Origin: a virus
Lineage: Duplodnaviria > Caudoviricetes
IMG/VR virus record: IMGVR_UViG_3300033485_000056
Location: 1-33,230 of that record
Direction: 5' to 3' (one strand)
Length of the DNA: 33,230 nt
The translations under genes and the position numbers were made by a program. Positions within the stretch are counted from its first letter, which is position 1; each line of letters starts with the position of its first letter. Below the pieces are notes generated by a model. It was not told the origin of the DNA and did no database searches. It saw nothing but the letters and a program-made list of their open reading frames with translations. Positions 1-10,522 of this stretch are shown here, piece by piece.

Positions 1-127
1 AAGTATTACAAGTCATGCTCTGCCGCCGAGAATGTAGTCATCATGCCTCATGGCGGTTTAAAGCGTAGACCCGGTATGTCACGGGTATCTGGTAGCTACA
101 TTAATAAGTATTGTCGTTTAGAGTCGT
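1..127. repeat. Terminal direct repeat (identical to 33104-33230); circular assembly overlap
   Basis: Exact 127-nt identity of both contig ends; it falls inside a gene that reads through the junction. Confidence 0.97.
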
Positions 128-1599
128 TTGAGTTCTCGATTACACAGCGTTACCTAATCATTGTAGCAACCGATTTAATTCATATCTACAAAGATGGCGC
201 ACAAGTAGCAACAGTTACAAGCCCGTACACTACTACTGCAATAGTAGATAGTTTCGATATGGTTCAGTCAGCGGATACTATGATATTCGTACAAGAGGAT
301 GTCCAGCCACAAAAGCTAGTACGTGGTGCTACTGATGCAAGTTGGACACTATCAGCTATTACACTTACAAACATTCCTACATATAACTTTGGCTCAGGGG
401 CTGAGGCAGTATGGAGTGTAACACGTGGATGGCCTCGTACTTGTACCTTTCATGGTGGCAGACTATGGTTTGGTGGCAGTAAGTCCAAGATAAGCACTGC
501 ATGGGGTAGCGTAGTTAATGACTTCTTTAACTTTAACATGGGGACCGGGCTAGCAGATGAAGCACTATTTGATACTCTTGACACTGACCAATATAATGCT
601 ATTCAAGGCATATACTCAGGACGTAACCTACAAATCTTTACTAGCGGTGGAGAGTTCTATAACCCGTCTAAAGTCATAACGCCTTCTGACTCATCATGGT
701 TGATGCAGACTAACTACGGAGCTAAGAGAATAAGACCCGTGAGCGTTGATGGTTCTACATTGTATGTATCTCGTAATGGCAGAGCATTGCGCCAATTCCT
801 TTATAACTTTAATGAGGATGCTTTCGTATCGGTTAATGCTTTGCTTATGTCAGAGCATCTAGTCACAAACATACGCACTATCGATGTTCAGAAGGGTACG
901 CTTGATAATATAAGCGACTTTGTTTACATGATAGATGATAATGGTAACTGCCTCGTACTTAATACTATGCGTAGTGAGGATATTCTAGGCTGGACTCATT
1001 GGACTACACAAGGGTTATTCAAGGACTGTGCAGTAGTAGGTGATGATGTTTATTTCTTAGTCATGCGTGACGGTACATACTATATCGAGAAACTGAATAC
1101 TGCAACGTACACAGACCACAACACAGTTAAGACTGGTACTGCCTTCACTACGGTAGAGACACTTGAAGAGTCTCCTATGAAACTCAAAGCTCATAAGGTT
1201 GTATCAGATGGCGCAGTACAGCTTGATAAGACACCTAATGGCTCAGGAGTTATCACACTAGATAGACCGGCTAATTATTGCGAGGTAGGTCTAGGCTTTA
1301 CTGTAACTATAACGACTATGCCGATTAACTTCCAGGACCGTGAAGGTATGACAGTAAACAGTAAGAAGCGTGTACTAAAGACTAGGCTAAGAGTGTATAA
1401 TACTAAAGGCGCAATAGTAGAGGGAGCATTATTGCAAGGTAGACAATTCCCTATACAATTCAATAGTAATCCTAATCCATATACAGGGGTGTTAGAAATA
1501 TCACACCTTGGGTTCTCAGATATTAACAGCGTCACGGTCACGCAAACAGACCCACTACCACTGCATTTATTGCAGATAGAATCAGAAATGGAGGCATAG
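1..1599 (+). CDS. Tail tubular protein B / nozzle (T7 gp12-like), 3' part; true start at 33026
   Basis: GGLKRRPG, WPRTCTFHGGRLWF and GWTHW motifs; follows tail tube A. Confidence 0.85.
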   Translation, partial: KYYKSCSAAENVVIMPHGGLKRRPGMSRVSGSYINKYCRLESFEFSITQRYLIIVATDLIHIYKDGAQVATVTSPYTTTAIVDSFDMVQSADTMIFVQEDVQPQKLVRGATDASWTLSAITLTNIPTYNFGSGAEAVWSVTRGWPRTCTFHGGRLWFGGSKSKISTAWGSVVNDFFNFNMGTGLADEALFDTLDTDQYNAIQGIYSGRNLQIFTSGGEFYNPSKVITPSDSSWLMQTNYGAKRIRPVSVDGSTLYVSRNGRALRQFLYNFNEDAFVSVNALLMSEHLVTNIRTIDVQKGTLDNISDFVYMIDDNGNCLVLNTMRSEDILGWTHWTTQGLFKDCAVVGDDVYFLVMRDGTYYIEKLNTATYTDHNTVKTGTAFTTVETLEESPMKLKAHKVVSDGAVQLDKTPNGSGVITLDRPANYCEVGLGFTVTITTMPINFQDREGMTVNSKKRVLKTRLRVYNTKGAIVEGALLQGRQFPIQFNSNPNPYTGVLEISHLGFSDINSVTVTQTDPLPLHLLQIESEMEA

Positions 1600-1600
1600 C

Positions 1601-1996
1601 ATGGGAATTGAAACAGCATTAATAGCAACAGCAGTTCTAGGAGCTGGTACGTCTGTAATGTCAGGCATGCAACAGAAGAAGGCGTACAAGCAACAAGCTG
1701 AACAAGCTAAGATGGCAGCAGAGGCAAACGTAACAGACCGCACAAGAGCATTAAATGAAGCAATGGCAGTACAGAACGCTATGATGGGTTCATCAGGTCG
1801 TGCAATGGAAAGTATCAGCTCTGTAATTGGGGGCGATAAGAAGCGTTATGAGAGTGATGTTAAGATGATTAGAGCAGGAGCAGAGTCACAAGCACAGCAA
1901 TACAAGTCGGCAGGCAATACAGCTATGGCAATGGGTGTAGTTGAAGGTGCAAGTAAACTAAGCGAAGCAAAATATAAACACTCTATGTTAAAGTAG
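1601..1996 (+). CDS. Small internal virion (ejection) protein, gp14-like
   Basis: Ala/Gly/Gln/Met-rich with hydrophobic N-terminus; position after nozzle. Confidence 0.6.
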   Translation: MGIETALIATAVLGAGTSVMSGMQQKKAYKQQAEQAKMAAEANVTDRTRALNEAMAVQNAMMGSSGRAMESISSVIGGDKKRYESDVKMIRAGAESQAQQYKSAGNTAMAMGVVEGASKLSEAKYKHSMLK

Positions 1997-2002
1997 GAAG
2001 CA

Positions 2003-3628
2003 ATGGCAGATTTACAAAGATACCAAGGCGGAGCAACACCGTTTCAGCAAGTAGACCCTACGGCCGCTAAAGCATCAGCGCAAATGTTTCAATCACTATC
2101 TACACGCTTAGAAGAATGGAATGGCATAGCGTATAAACAAGCCCAAGTAGAAGTGGCAGAAGAAGGGCAACAGAAAGCCATTAACGATATGCTTAGCGGT
2201 GACCCATTGAAGATTGAAAAGGGCCATACGTTCTACGCTAATGCCTATAATGATATTTCTAAGGCTGCCTATAACGTACAAGTTGAGAGTGACCTAAAGA
2301 CTACTGCTGAGCAATACGCTGCACAATTTACCAATGACCCTAACGGCTTTAATAATGCTTTCGGTGCATACACTAAAGAGGCATTAAAGGGGCAGACTGA
2401 ACCTGAGTTCCAAGCGATACTAAAACAAAAAGCTATGACCTTGCAAGGCACATACGGTGCTAATGTAGCTAAGGAAGCTTTTAAGAATAACCGTGATAAT
2501 GAAAATAAAGCTATTGAGGCTTACAAAGATGAAGAAGCTATATCGTATGCCTCATTCATTGCTAATGGTGATGCAGTAGGCGCTACAAACTCTTTGGCTA
2601 AGATCACTTCACTCATAACATTACAAGCAGAACATGGACTCATGCACAAGGGTATGATACCGCTAGAGATTAAGAAGATGCAAGAGAAGGCACAAGAGAC
2701 TACTACTCTTATGAGACTAGATGAAAGCCTAGAACGTGGTGAAACTGACTTTGTGCAGAAGTTTACTAGTACTCCTGAGTATAAAGCGTTACCAATGGAT
2801 AAGCGCACTGCAATTAGTAAGAAAATGTATGAGCATATCGATGGTAAGTTCAAGGCTCAAACTGAGGCGTTTGATGCTAATGCTACGCTAGTTGAAAAAG
2901 TGAGTAAGAAAAAAGCACTAGACGTATCATCTGACATTATGCTAGGTAAGCCTCCAACTGATACACAGCTTGATGATATGCTTAGAGAAAATAAGCTAAG
3001 ACCTGAGGAATACAAGAACCTTAAAGAGTTAAAGAATGATATGAGCGCAGGTTCATTAACCGATAATGAAAGCGTAGTTATGGACTATGAACTAGCTATC
3101 GAGAGAGTAAACCCTAGAACGATAGCGTATGATAACAGACTCACAGCAAAGACTAAACAATCATTAATTAGCAAAGCAATATCACATCAGCGCAGGGTTG
3201 CATCAGATAAAGAGATGGCTAATGCTATGCGTGGATTCAAGCAGAATATGGGCGGTGACCCTTGGAAGGTAGCTGATGATTATATTGTAGCTAATGTTCC
3301 GCTTGACGATGCTACTGAGCTAAAGCGTTTACGCCTTACTATGAAGAACCAATTACGTGAGGATGTAGAAGCAGGAAAGATCAATGTATTCGATGTACCT
3401 GATGCCATGCAACAAAAGGTTGATTCGTACCTTGTTAAGAATAAAGATAAGACCGACTCCACCAAATATGATAGATCGTTTAAAGAATACGAGGATAAAG
3501 TCAAGGTTTATAATAAGTCTAAAAACTCCACTTTTGGTAAGCTCAAATCTAAAGTTGGTATTGACTCAACACCACCGCCACAAGCACCAGCTAAACCATC
3601 AAACTATATCCCTAAAGGACAGAGATGA
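2003..3628 (+). CDS. Internal virion (ejection) protein, gp15-like position
   Basis: 541-aa helical protein in the ejectosome block. Confidence 0.55.
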   Translation: MADLQRYQGGATPFQQVDPTAAKASAQMFQSLSTRLEEWNGIAYKQAQVEVAEEGQQKAINDMLSGDPLKIEKGHTFYANAYNDISKAAYNVQVESDLKTTAEQYAAQFTNDPNGFNNAFGAYTKEALKGQTEPEFQAILKQKAMTLQGTYGANVAKEAFKNNRDNENKAIEAYKDEEAISYASFIANGDAVGATNSLAKITSLITLQAEHGLMHKGMIPLEIKKMQEKAQETTTLMRLDESLERGETDFVQKFTSTPEYKALPMDKRTAISKKMYEHIDGKFKAQTEAFDANATLVEKVSKKKALDVSSDIMLGKPPTDTQLDDMLRENKLRPEEYKNLKELKNDMSAGSLTDNESVVMDYELAIERVNPRTIAYDNRLTAKTKQSLISKAISHQRRVASDKEMANAMRGFKQNMGGDPWKVADDYIVANVPLDDATELKRLRLTMKNQLREDVEAGKINVFDVPDAMQQKVDSYLVKNKDKTDSTKYDRSFKEYEDKVKVYNKSKNSTFGKLKSKVGIDSTPPPQAPAKPSNYIPKGQR

Positions 3629-5037
3629 GTGAGTTAGAATATAATCGAGAAGAAAGCAGTGGTTCAGAGTCTATGCTAAAAGCTATGCAAGACCAAGGCG
3701 CTACATATCGTGAAGAAGATTTAGCTACTAACCTTGACTGGATTGAGGCATCAGGCAAAGTATATCAGATGAATAATAACGGTGAGAAGTTCCAAGGTGA
3801 CTATAGAGCCTTAGCTAAGTACGGCATAGACCAAATGAGTGAGTTTAACTATAACGTGGCCATGGGAATGATACCTGACGTTTTAGCAGTAGAGAAAGCA
3901 GACCCTGAAACACAAATGTCATTTGCTTATTTAATGGATACCTACGATAAAAAAGATATTACATTAGATGGTTTTGGTAGGGCAGTTAAAGAGTTAGCAC
4001 TTGACCCCACTACCTATTTAGGTATTAGTACACTTGGTGCTGGGTTCGCCGTGAAGAAAGGCGCACAACAACTAGCCAAAGAAGGACTAAAGAATAGATT
4101 ACATAGCTCCATTAGAAACTATCTCACAAGTGGTTTAGCAGTAGGAGCTACTGAGGGAGCTATCTATTCAGCAGGAGATACAACAGCTAGAGAGATGATA
4201 CAAACTGATGCAGGACTACGTGAAGGAGTAAGCGGTACAGATGTAGCTATCTCAGGTGCCATCGGTGCAGGAGTTGGGGCAGGACTAGGCAAAGGTATCG
4301 AGGCAGCTGGGAAGGCTATCGGTAAAGGTATCGACTATATCAACCGTGAAGGTGAACAAGCTATGGCGCAAGTAGCTGGTGGCGGTGTGCCTCCTACTGC
4401 ATTTATGGATATGCCCATTGACAATACAAGAACTAGACGAGCTATCTCTAAACCTAGAACTGACTGGACAAAAGATAGAATAAAGAAAGAACTAAAAGGA
4501 ATGTACACTGACTCATCCAGTAGGACTTTTAGAAATGAAATATCAAGATTTAAAGATGAACAAGAATTAGATAATAATATTTTTTATCACGGTACATCTT
4601 CATCGGAAACAAAACTAAAACCCTCCATTGTTTTGAAGGAAGGAAGTTATGAGGGTGGAGGATATGGGGAGCAATATTGGGGCATAAGCGTATCTAAAAA
4701 TAGAAATATTGCGAGTAATTTTACTGGTAGTCAAAGTAGTGGCAGAGTAATGCCCATTCTTTTAAAGAAAGATGCAAAAATAATAGACATGCCGGAGATA
4801 AGTGATAGTGTAGAATTGGAAGATCATATTGAAGGATTATGGAAAAATAATATTGACGCTGTAAGAATTGGAGATTGGAACACCCCATATTCTGAACAAG
4901 AATTGGTTATACTAAACCCTCATTCTGCTGTAACTGGAAAGCCCGAAAGCTTTAGAGTATTCCAAAAAAAGAAGTTTGAAAATCTAACTCCATCAGAACT
5001 AATTGAATTACACAAACCATCAGAGGAAGCTAAATGA
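3625..5037 (+). CDS. Internal virion protein with C-terminal ADP-ribosyltransferase-like domain
   Basis: DPTTY plus Gly/Ala-rich membrane-like segment; C-terminal FYHGT...GISVSKNRNIASNF...GRVMPILL...IDAVRI...EQELVILNP pattern recalls the ART domain of polyvalent proteins. Confidence 0.6.
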   Translation: MSELEYNREESSGSESMLKAMQDQGATYREEDLATNLDWIEASGKVYQMNNNGEKFQGDYRALAKYGIDQMSEFNYNVAMGMIPDVLAVEKADPETQMSFAYLMDTYDKKDITLDGFGRAVKELALDPTTYLGISTLGAGFAVKKGAQQLAKEGLKNRLHSSIRNYLTSGLAVGATEGAIYSAGDTTAREMIQTDAGLREGVSGTDVAISGAIGAGVGAGLGKGIEAAGKAIGKGIDYINREGEQAMAQVAGGGVPPTAFMDMPIDNTRTRRAISKPRTDWTKDRIKKELKGMYTDSSSRTFRNEISRFKDEQELDNNIFYHGTSSSETKLKPSIVLKEGSYEGGGYGEQYWGISVSKNRNIASNFTGSQSSGRVMPILLKKDAKIIDMPEISDSVELEDHIEGLWKNNIDAVRIGDWNTPYSEQELVILNPHSAVTGKPESFRVFQKKKFENLTPSELIELHKPSEEAK

Positions 5038-8018
5038 ATGAAGAAGAACTAACAATCGTTGAACCAAAAATAGATGATGAACAAGCTCTAGCAGATGCTC
5101 AGGTTATGGCTGAAATGCCGCCAGCTGAGGTAACTGATGTATCAGAGGAAGAAGCAGGAATAGGTGCAGACATTACACGCTTCATCACTAAGGCTATTGG
5201 TATCACTCCTGATGTCCCTATATCTAAAGTTATGCCTAGTCCTAAAGCTAAAGTGAGTGCAGAAATACCTACGCCTAAAGTGGATACTACTGAGCCAATA
5301 GCAGAAACTCCTAAGCCTAAAGCCAAGCCTACACGCATGACTGCATGGGCTAATCGTGAGATACTGGCTAAGAAGCCTGAGCCTAAAGTAAAGAAGATAG
5401 GAGAGATGGTAGTATCTAAGCCTAGAGCAGTACATGAGGCAGAAGTAGTTCCTATGCCTAACGATGTTAATCCTGATGCTATGTTTACTAAGATGGAGCA
5501 GGGAACATCACCTAAGTTTGCTAAGTTTAATCCCGAGAAGGAAGCTGCCAATTTAGTAGAAGCAGATATTGACCAATTCGATGACTCAGTATCGCATCAG
5601 ATTAACTTTAATACTTTAGAGAATGAAGATGACGTTAATTCAGTTATCGCAAGTATCGCAGAGCAGAACAAAGCAAACATTGACTTTGAGCGTAGAGGCG
5701 TTGTATCTGATGACCAACTAATGAAGTTTGCTAATGACATAGGAGCAGATGAAACATTCGTGCGTGATGTCTTTATGCGTGAGGCTGGTGGTGCTATTCC
5801 TCCAGCTGAGTATGTAGTAGCTATGCGTCAAGTGCTTAACCAATCAGCCACTAAGCTTAAAATGTTAGCGGATAAAGTAGCCGGTGAGTTTTCACCGCAA
5901 GATAAAATTGAGTTCGCTAGACAGTTTGACTTCCACCGTAAGTTTCAATCTAAGTTCATGGGTGTTCGTGCTGAGTACGGTAGAGGCTTACGTGCGCTAG
6001 GTGTTCAGATGGGTAATGAGAACGATGTGCTTATGACGCTAGGAGCTATGGAGCGTGAACTGGACATTACTAAAGTAGCAGCAATGATAAGCGACTCAGA
6101 GAGCGCAACAGGTATTAATAAGATGGTTAATGCTTACTCTAGCAATGCTAAGTACGGTATGGACTTGCTCTATACTGAGTATATGTCATCTATGCTATCG
6201 GGCGTATCTACTCAGATGCTAAACTTTGGCGGTACAATCGCTAATATTAGTGTGAATATGGCAGAACGTAAAGTAGCATCATGGATGCCTAAAGGCGCTC
6301 ATGCTATGGACGAGGTACAAAACGATGAAGTGACAGCTATGCTTATCGGGTACTCATCATCATTTAAAGATGCAATGAAAGCAGGATGGAAAACACTAAA
6401 GACTGGTGACCCTTACAAGGGAATGGGCGCAACTGGTGAAGCCTTCACTATGCCTATGCCATCTGAAAAGTTTGCAATGGGTGAAACATCAGGAGCAGTA
6501 GCAGATATGGCGTTCAAGGCTATGGCTTTCCCTTTGCGTAATGTTATGGGCAGTACAGATACATTCTTTAAAGTTCTAAATGAGAGAGCGCAACTAGCTT
6601 CTAACTCATTCCGTGAAGCTAAAGCTATGGTAAATCGTGGCGAGATTCAGCCTGAGCAGTTTCAAGAAACACTAGCTAATATTATCAATGACCCTCACCA
6701 ATCAATGATTAATAAGTCTGAGGACTTTTCTAAAGAGATGGCGTACCAAGAAACACCAGGCAAGATGCTTACTAATATCATGAGTGCTATTAATAAAACA
6801 CCGGGTGCTAGATGGGTTGTTCCATTCGTTAAGACTCTAGGTAACATTACACGCCAAACATTAGTTGAGCGTACACCAGCAGCGGTTTTACAACAGAAGT
6901 TTAGAGATGAAGTAGCAGCAGGAGGAGCTAAAGGACAACTAGCACTTGCTAAGATGAGTTTAGGAACTGGCATTATGGCTACTTCGTATATGTTAGCTGA
7001 GAGCGGTAGTCTTACTGGCCCAGCTCCAAAAGATAGAGCAGAGCGTGACGCTTGGAAAGCAGCAGGAATGAAGCCATTCAGTATGGTATTCAATAATAAA
7101 GATGGCACTAAAGAGTATGTACCTTATACGGGGCTAGAGCCTTTCGCTACCTTCTTTGGTATCTCAGCATCTATCGCAGACTATCAGCGTAAATCTTCTT
7201 ATGTAGATTTATACGATGGGGAAGATGAGAAGTTCAACAGTGTCATGAGTGATTTGCTTGTGGCTATCAGCGAGAACACTCTAAATAGAACTTTTGCAGT
7301 TGGACTTCAAACATTTATGGATGCAGTAAGCGAGGGTGATGCTAAGTCATTCCAACGTTTAGCACAGAGCTATGCTAATACAATGATACCACTAGCAGGG
7401 CTTAGACGTAATATCACTAAGGATATGGATGAGTACAAGCGTAATACGGCAGGGGTTATGGAGTATATCCAATCTCAAATACCTACAATGAGTGAAGCAC
7501 TACCGCCAGTACGTGACTTATTCGGTGAGCCAGTTACACATGATTATACTTATATTCGCTGGAGTCCTTCTACTTCTACTAAAGACACAGTACGATTAGA
7601 GCTATTAAGACTCAATGAGCAAACTAAGAAAATGGCAGTACCACCAGCGAGAGCAATTCTAGGTAAACAGAAGATCAAGCCAGAGGATAGTGAGAAGTGG
7701 CTGACGTATGCTCGTAAAGAATACCGTGACTTTAGTGGGCGCACTTTGCATGAGCGAATAAATGATACAATTCAAGATGAAAACTATCTATCAATGCTTG
7801 AAGATGATAAGGTTAAACATATCCAATCTATCACACAAAAGAATGATATGGCAGCACTTAAAGAACTTGCTAAAGATGATGAGGAATTATTCTTACGACT
7901 TCATGCAAAAGATATTGTTAGAAGCGCCAATATCCTTATAGAAAAAGAAAACATGGATAAAGAAGATGCCTTGGAAGAAGCAAAGCAAGAATATGAAGAT
8001 ATATTTGGAGGTCGATAA
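5034..8018 (+). CDS. Large internal virion (ejection) protein, gp16-like position
   Basis: 994 aa, precedes tail fibre; PFVKT, GSLTGPAP, EPFAT and RDLFGEP motifs are typical of large podophage internal proteins. Confidence 0.65.
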   Translation: MNEEELTIVEPKIDDEQALADAQVMAEMPPAEVTDVSEEEAGIGADITRFITKAIGITPDVPISKVMPSPKAKVSAEIPTPKVDTTEPIAETPKPKAKPTRMTAWANREILAKKPEPKVKKIGEMVVSKPRAVHEAEVVPMPNDVNPDAMFTKMEQGTSPKFAKFNPEKEAANLVEADIDQFDDSVSHQINFNTLENEDDVNSVIASIAEQNKANIDFERRGVVSDDQLMKFANDIGADETFVRDVFMREAGGAIPPAEYVVAMRQVLNQSATKLKMLADKVAGEFSPQDKIEFARQFDFHRKFQSKFMGVRAEYGRGLRALGVQMGNENDVLMTLGAMERELDITKVAAMISDSESATGINKMVNAYSSNAKYGMDLLYTEYMSSMLSGVSTQMLNFGGTIANISVNMAERKVASWMPKGAHAMDEVQNDEVTAMLIGYSSSFKDAMKAGWKTLKTGDPYKGMGATGEAFTMPMPSEKFAMGETSGAVADMAFKAMAFPLRNVMGSTDTFFKVLNERAQLASNSFREAKAMVNRGEIQPEQFQETLANIINDPHQSMINKSEDFSKEMAYQETPGKMLTNIMSAINKTPGARWVVPFVKTLGNITRQTLVERTPAAVLQQKFRDEVAAGGAKGQLALAKMSLGTGIMATSYMLAESGSLTGPAPKDRAERDAWKAAGMKPFSMVFNNKDGTKEYVPYTGLEPFATFFGISASIADYQRKSSYVDLYDGEDEKFNSVMSDLLVAISENTLNRTFAVGLQTFMDAVSEGDAKSFQRLAQSYANTMIPLAGLRRNITKDMDEYKRNTAGVMEYIQSQIPTMSEALPPVRDLFGEPVTHDYTYIRWSPSTSTKDTVRLELLRLNEQTKKMAVPPARAILGKQKIKPEDSEKWLTYARKEYRDFSGRTLHERINDTIQDENYLSMLEDDKVKHIQSITQKNDMAALKELAKDDEELFLRLHAKDIVRSANILIEKENMDKEDALEEAKQEYEDIFGGR

Positions 8019-9673
8019 TGGCATTTAACATAAACCCCGGTAAACAACAGTTTACCGCAACAGCATCACAAACAGTATTTACATTTAACTTTGCTATCTT
8101 TGCAACTACTGATATTAAAGTATATAAGACTTTAGCTGGTGTAGTAGCAAACGATACGACAGACCTATTAACTCTTACCACTCATTACACAGTATCTATT
8201 AATGGAACGCTTGGCGGTACGGTTACGCTAGTATCAGGCGCTAGTGTTAATGATACTATTACTCTTGTACGATCATTGCCTATTACTAGAACAACTGACT
8301 ATGTAACCAATGGGGATTTATTTGCTGATACTTTAGACCTAGACCAAGACTACCAAACGTATCTCGTATTAGACCAAAACGTGCAACTTCAAAGAGCTAT
8401 CGTTGTTCCTGAATCTCTTGGCAATGTAGATTTAGATATTCCAGCACCAGTAGCAAACTCATATCTAAGATGGAACGCTACGGCTGACGCACTAGAGAAC
8501 GATACTTCAATACCTGACGATGTAGTTACCACTACTGCGAATGTAGTCTTAACTAATGCTGACGTAGTTTTAACACACGCTGATGTTGTATTAACTCATG
8601 CTGACGTAGTCTTAGCTAACAAATGGGCGGAAGAAGCGGAGGACGTAGAGGTAGCTACTGGGGAATACTCAGCACACCACTGGGCGATAAAAGCTGCGGC
8701 AAGTGCGGCAAGTTTAACAGTAGATGCAACTCCTACCGATGGAAGCGCAAATGCTGTATCCTCTAATAGTGTATTTGATGCTCTAGCTGGTAAACAATCT
8801 ACTCTTACATTTGATTCTGTGCCTACTAATGGAAGTACAAATCCAGTAGAAAGTAATGGCATATTTGATGCAATAGCCGCTATATCAACTTCTCCGTCAG
8901 GAGTCCGACAGACCGTACAATCAGCGTCAGTAGACACAAGCGGTTTCGCTAACTTTATCTCAATCGGTACAGGGCTTGCAGTAAACATTGCCGCAACTAC
9001 TACGCCTATCGTCATTCATGCGGCAGGTGGTAAAGTATCAAATGATCGTATTGGTACAATCAGCGCAGATACTTCAATAACTGGGCTTACTGCAAACACT
9101 ACAAACTACCTTTATGCAGACGTAGCGGCAAACGGAACAGTTACACTATCCGCTAACGTAGTCGCTCACTTAGAGCAATTTGGCGGTACTCCTGCAGTTA
9201 CAAACAATCTTCTAACATTTAACATTGGAGAGATGAAGGGGTACACTGGAAACGGTGCAACTGCTCCACAAACTTGGAGAGTTCCTATCGGTGAGGCTAT
9301 TACAAACGCAACTAATGTCACAAGCGTAGTGAGTTATGCTTTGAATGGTATGTATATAGAAGCATGGGACACAACACTTCCTTCTTCTATTGGTACATAT
9401 AGCAGAAACTCTAATCTAGGAGTAATCCCATTAATTACCTATATGGAAATTGAAAATACTACTGCTCAATCACCATTTAATGTAGGAGATAGACAAGTTG
9501 TATCTAATACTATAGTATCAGCGGCGGTATATTCGTTTACGCTTAATAAAACAAAAAATACTATTAGTCTATTTTTACCTAATATTATAAACTACCCACT
9601 TAACTCAGGGTCTAACACTACAATAACACTTGCTAGTTGGAAAAAAAGATTTATAGCACAAAGAGGATGGTAA
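8018..9673 (+). CDS. Tail fibre protein
   Basis: T7-fibre-like N-terminal adaptor (QTVFTFNFAIF...DIKVY...ITLVR), heptad repeats, YSAHHWA motif, Thr/Asn-rich C-terminus. Confidence 0.85.
   Translation: MAFNINPGKQQFTATASQTVFTFNFAIFATTDIKVYKTLAGVVANDTTDLLTLTTHYTVSINGTLGGTVTLVSGASVNDTITLVRSLPITRTTDYVTNGDLFADTLDLDQDYQTYLVLDQNVQLQRAIVVPESLGNVDLDIPAPVANSYLRWNATADALENDTSIPDDVVTTTANVVLTNADVVLTHADVVLTHADVVLANKWAEEAEDVEVATGEYSAHHWAIKAAASAASLTVDATPTDGSANAVSSNSVFDALAGKQSTLTFDSVPTNGSTNPVESNGIFDAIAAISTSPSGVRQTVQSASVDTSGFANFISIGTGLAVNIAATTTPIVIHAAGGKVSNDRIGTISADTSITGLTANTTNYLYADVAANGTVTLSANVVAHLEQFGGTPAVTNNLLTFNIGEMKGYTGNGATAPQTWRVPIGEAITNATNVTSVVSYALNGMYIEAWDTTLPSSIGTYSRNSNLGVIPLITYMEIENTTAQSPFNVGDRQVVSNTIVSAAVYSFTLNKTKNTISLFLPNIINYPLNSGSNTTITLASWKKRFIAQRGW
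8537..8620 (+). repeat. 4 x 21-bp degenerate coding tandem repeat (ANVVLTN/ADVVLTH/ADVVLTH/ADVVLAN)
   Basis: Visible in protein and DNA; coiled-coil heptads of the fibre. Confidence 0.85.
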
Positions 9674-9675
9674 TT

Positions 9676-10020
9676 ATGGCACGATATAAAAATGCACAAG
9701 GTCAAGTTTTATCAATAAATAGCGACCTACCACAAGATGGAAGTATTGCAACAGCGGCAGAGGTATTGGCTTATGAGTCAATCATACATATACCCAAAGT
9801 CGTAACTATGCGTCAAGCACGTTTAGCCTTACATCAATCAGGACTATTATCAACAGTAGATACTGCAATAATAAACGGCACAGATGCTGAATTAAAAATC
9901 GAATGGGAATTTGCGGCAGAAGTACGGAGAGATTGGGCTAGTTTAATCGCTATGGCTACTACTTTAAGCCTAACATCAACTGATCTTGATAACCTTTTCC
10001 TATTGGCAAGCACAAAGTAA
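9676..10020 (+). CDS. Tail-fibre-associated protein (assembly/chaperone-like)
   Basis: VTMRQARLAL...IEWEFA...LDNLF pattern common downstream of fibres; ATG at 9676 preferred over the upstream alternative start. Confidence 0.6.
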   Translation: MARYKNAQGQVLSINSDLPQDGSIATAAEVLAYESIIHIPKVVTMRQARLALHQSGLLSTVDTAIINGTDAELKIEWEFAAEVRRDWASLIAMATTLSLTSTDLDNLFLLASTK

Positions 10021-10427
10021 TGCCAAAATTCCTTACACCATTACAGATTGAGCTTATAGGAAAGCAAAAATATAAGCTTATATCCCCATTGGTGTATGAA
10101 AGTTATAGATGGCGCATTACTCTACTTATTGGATTTACGTGTGATAGCCTCTCAAAGCCAGAAGTGCTATGGTCAATCGTAGGCGCACCTTTTGGGGATG
10201 AAGATACATGGGCAGGATTCATACATGACGCTTTATATCGCTCACAGCTGTTCGATAGACGAATGTGTGATTATCTATTCTACGAGGCTCTATTGAGCTG
10301 TAACGTGCCTAAGATGAAAGCTCGTGCTATGTATTACGCTGTACGTGCTGGAGGTGAATCGGCATATCGAGAACGCCTTGATGTTTCAGGCTATCGTGAC
10401 CTAGTTTTGGTGGAAATAAATGGTTGA
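10020..10427 (+). CDS. DUF1353-family protein
   Basis: GFTCDSLSKP...IHDALY...CDYLFYEAL...MYYAVRAGG. Confidence 0.75.
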   Translation: MPKFLTPLQIELIGKQKYKLISPLVYESYRWRITLLIGFTCDSLSKPEVLWSIVGAPFGDEDTWAGFIHDALYRSQLFDRRMCDYLFYEALLSCNVPKMKARAMYYAVRAGGESAYRERLDVSGYRDLVLVEING

Positions 10428-10491
10428 AGCTGTGATAGCGTTCTCTATTGTATTTTGGCTAGTTTTGGCTTTATCAATAGATGATGTATAA
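10420..10491 (+). CDS. Small membrane peptide (23 aa, MVEAVIAFSIVFWLVLALSIDDV)
   Basis: Overlaps DUF1353 stop, GGA upstream, one hydrophobic helix; below the ORF-track cutoff. Confidence 0.4.
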   Translation: MVEAVIAFSIVFWLVLALSIDDV

Positions 10492-10522
10492 TAATAAAAT
10501 AAACACAAATAGGAACAATAAT

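Noticed and set aside
1994-2005. Genome-wide TAG recoding (in-frame TAG before next ATG at 1996/2003 and 22788/22789, plus ssb)
   Set aside because: Long genes are intact under code 11, TAG ends several genes at sensible places, in-frame TAA-ATG junctions also occur (17156, 20169), and no suppressor tRNA is seen.
8018-10020. Diversity-generating retroelement as in BPP-1
   Set aside because: No reverse transcriptase and no template/variable repeat pair seen.
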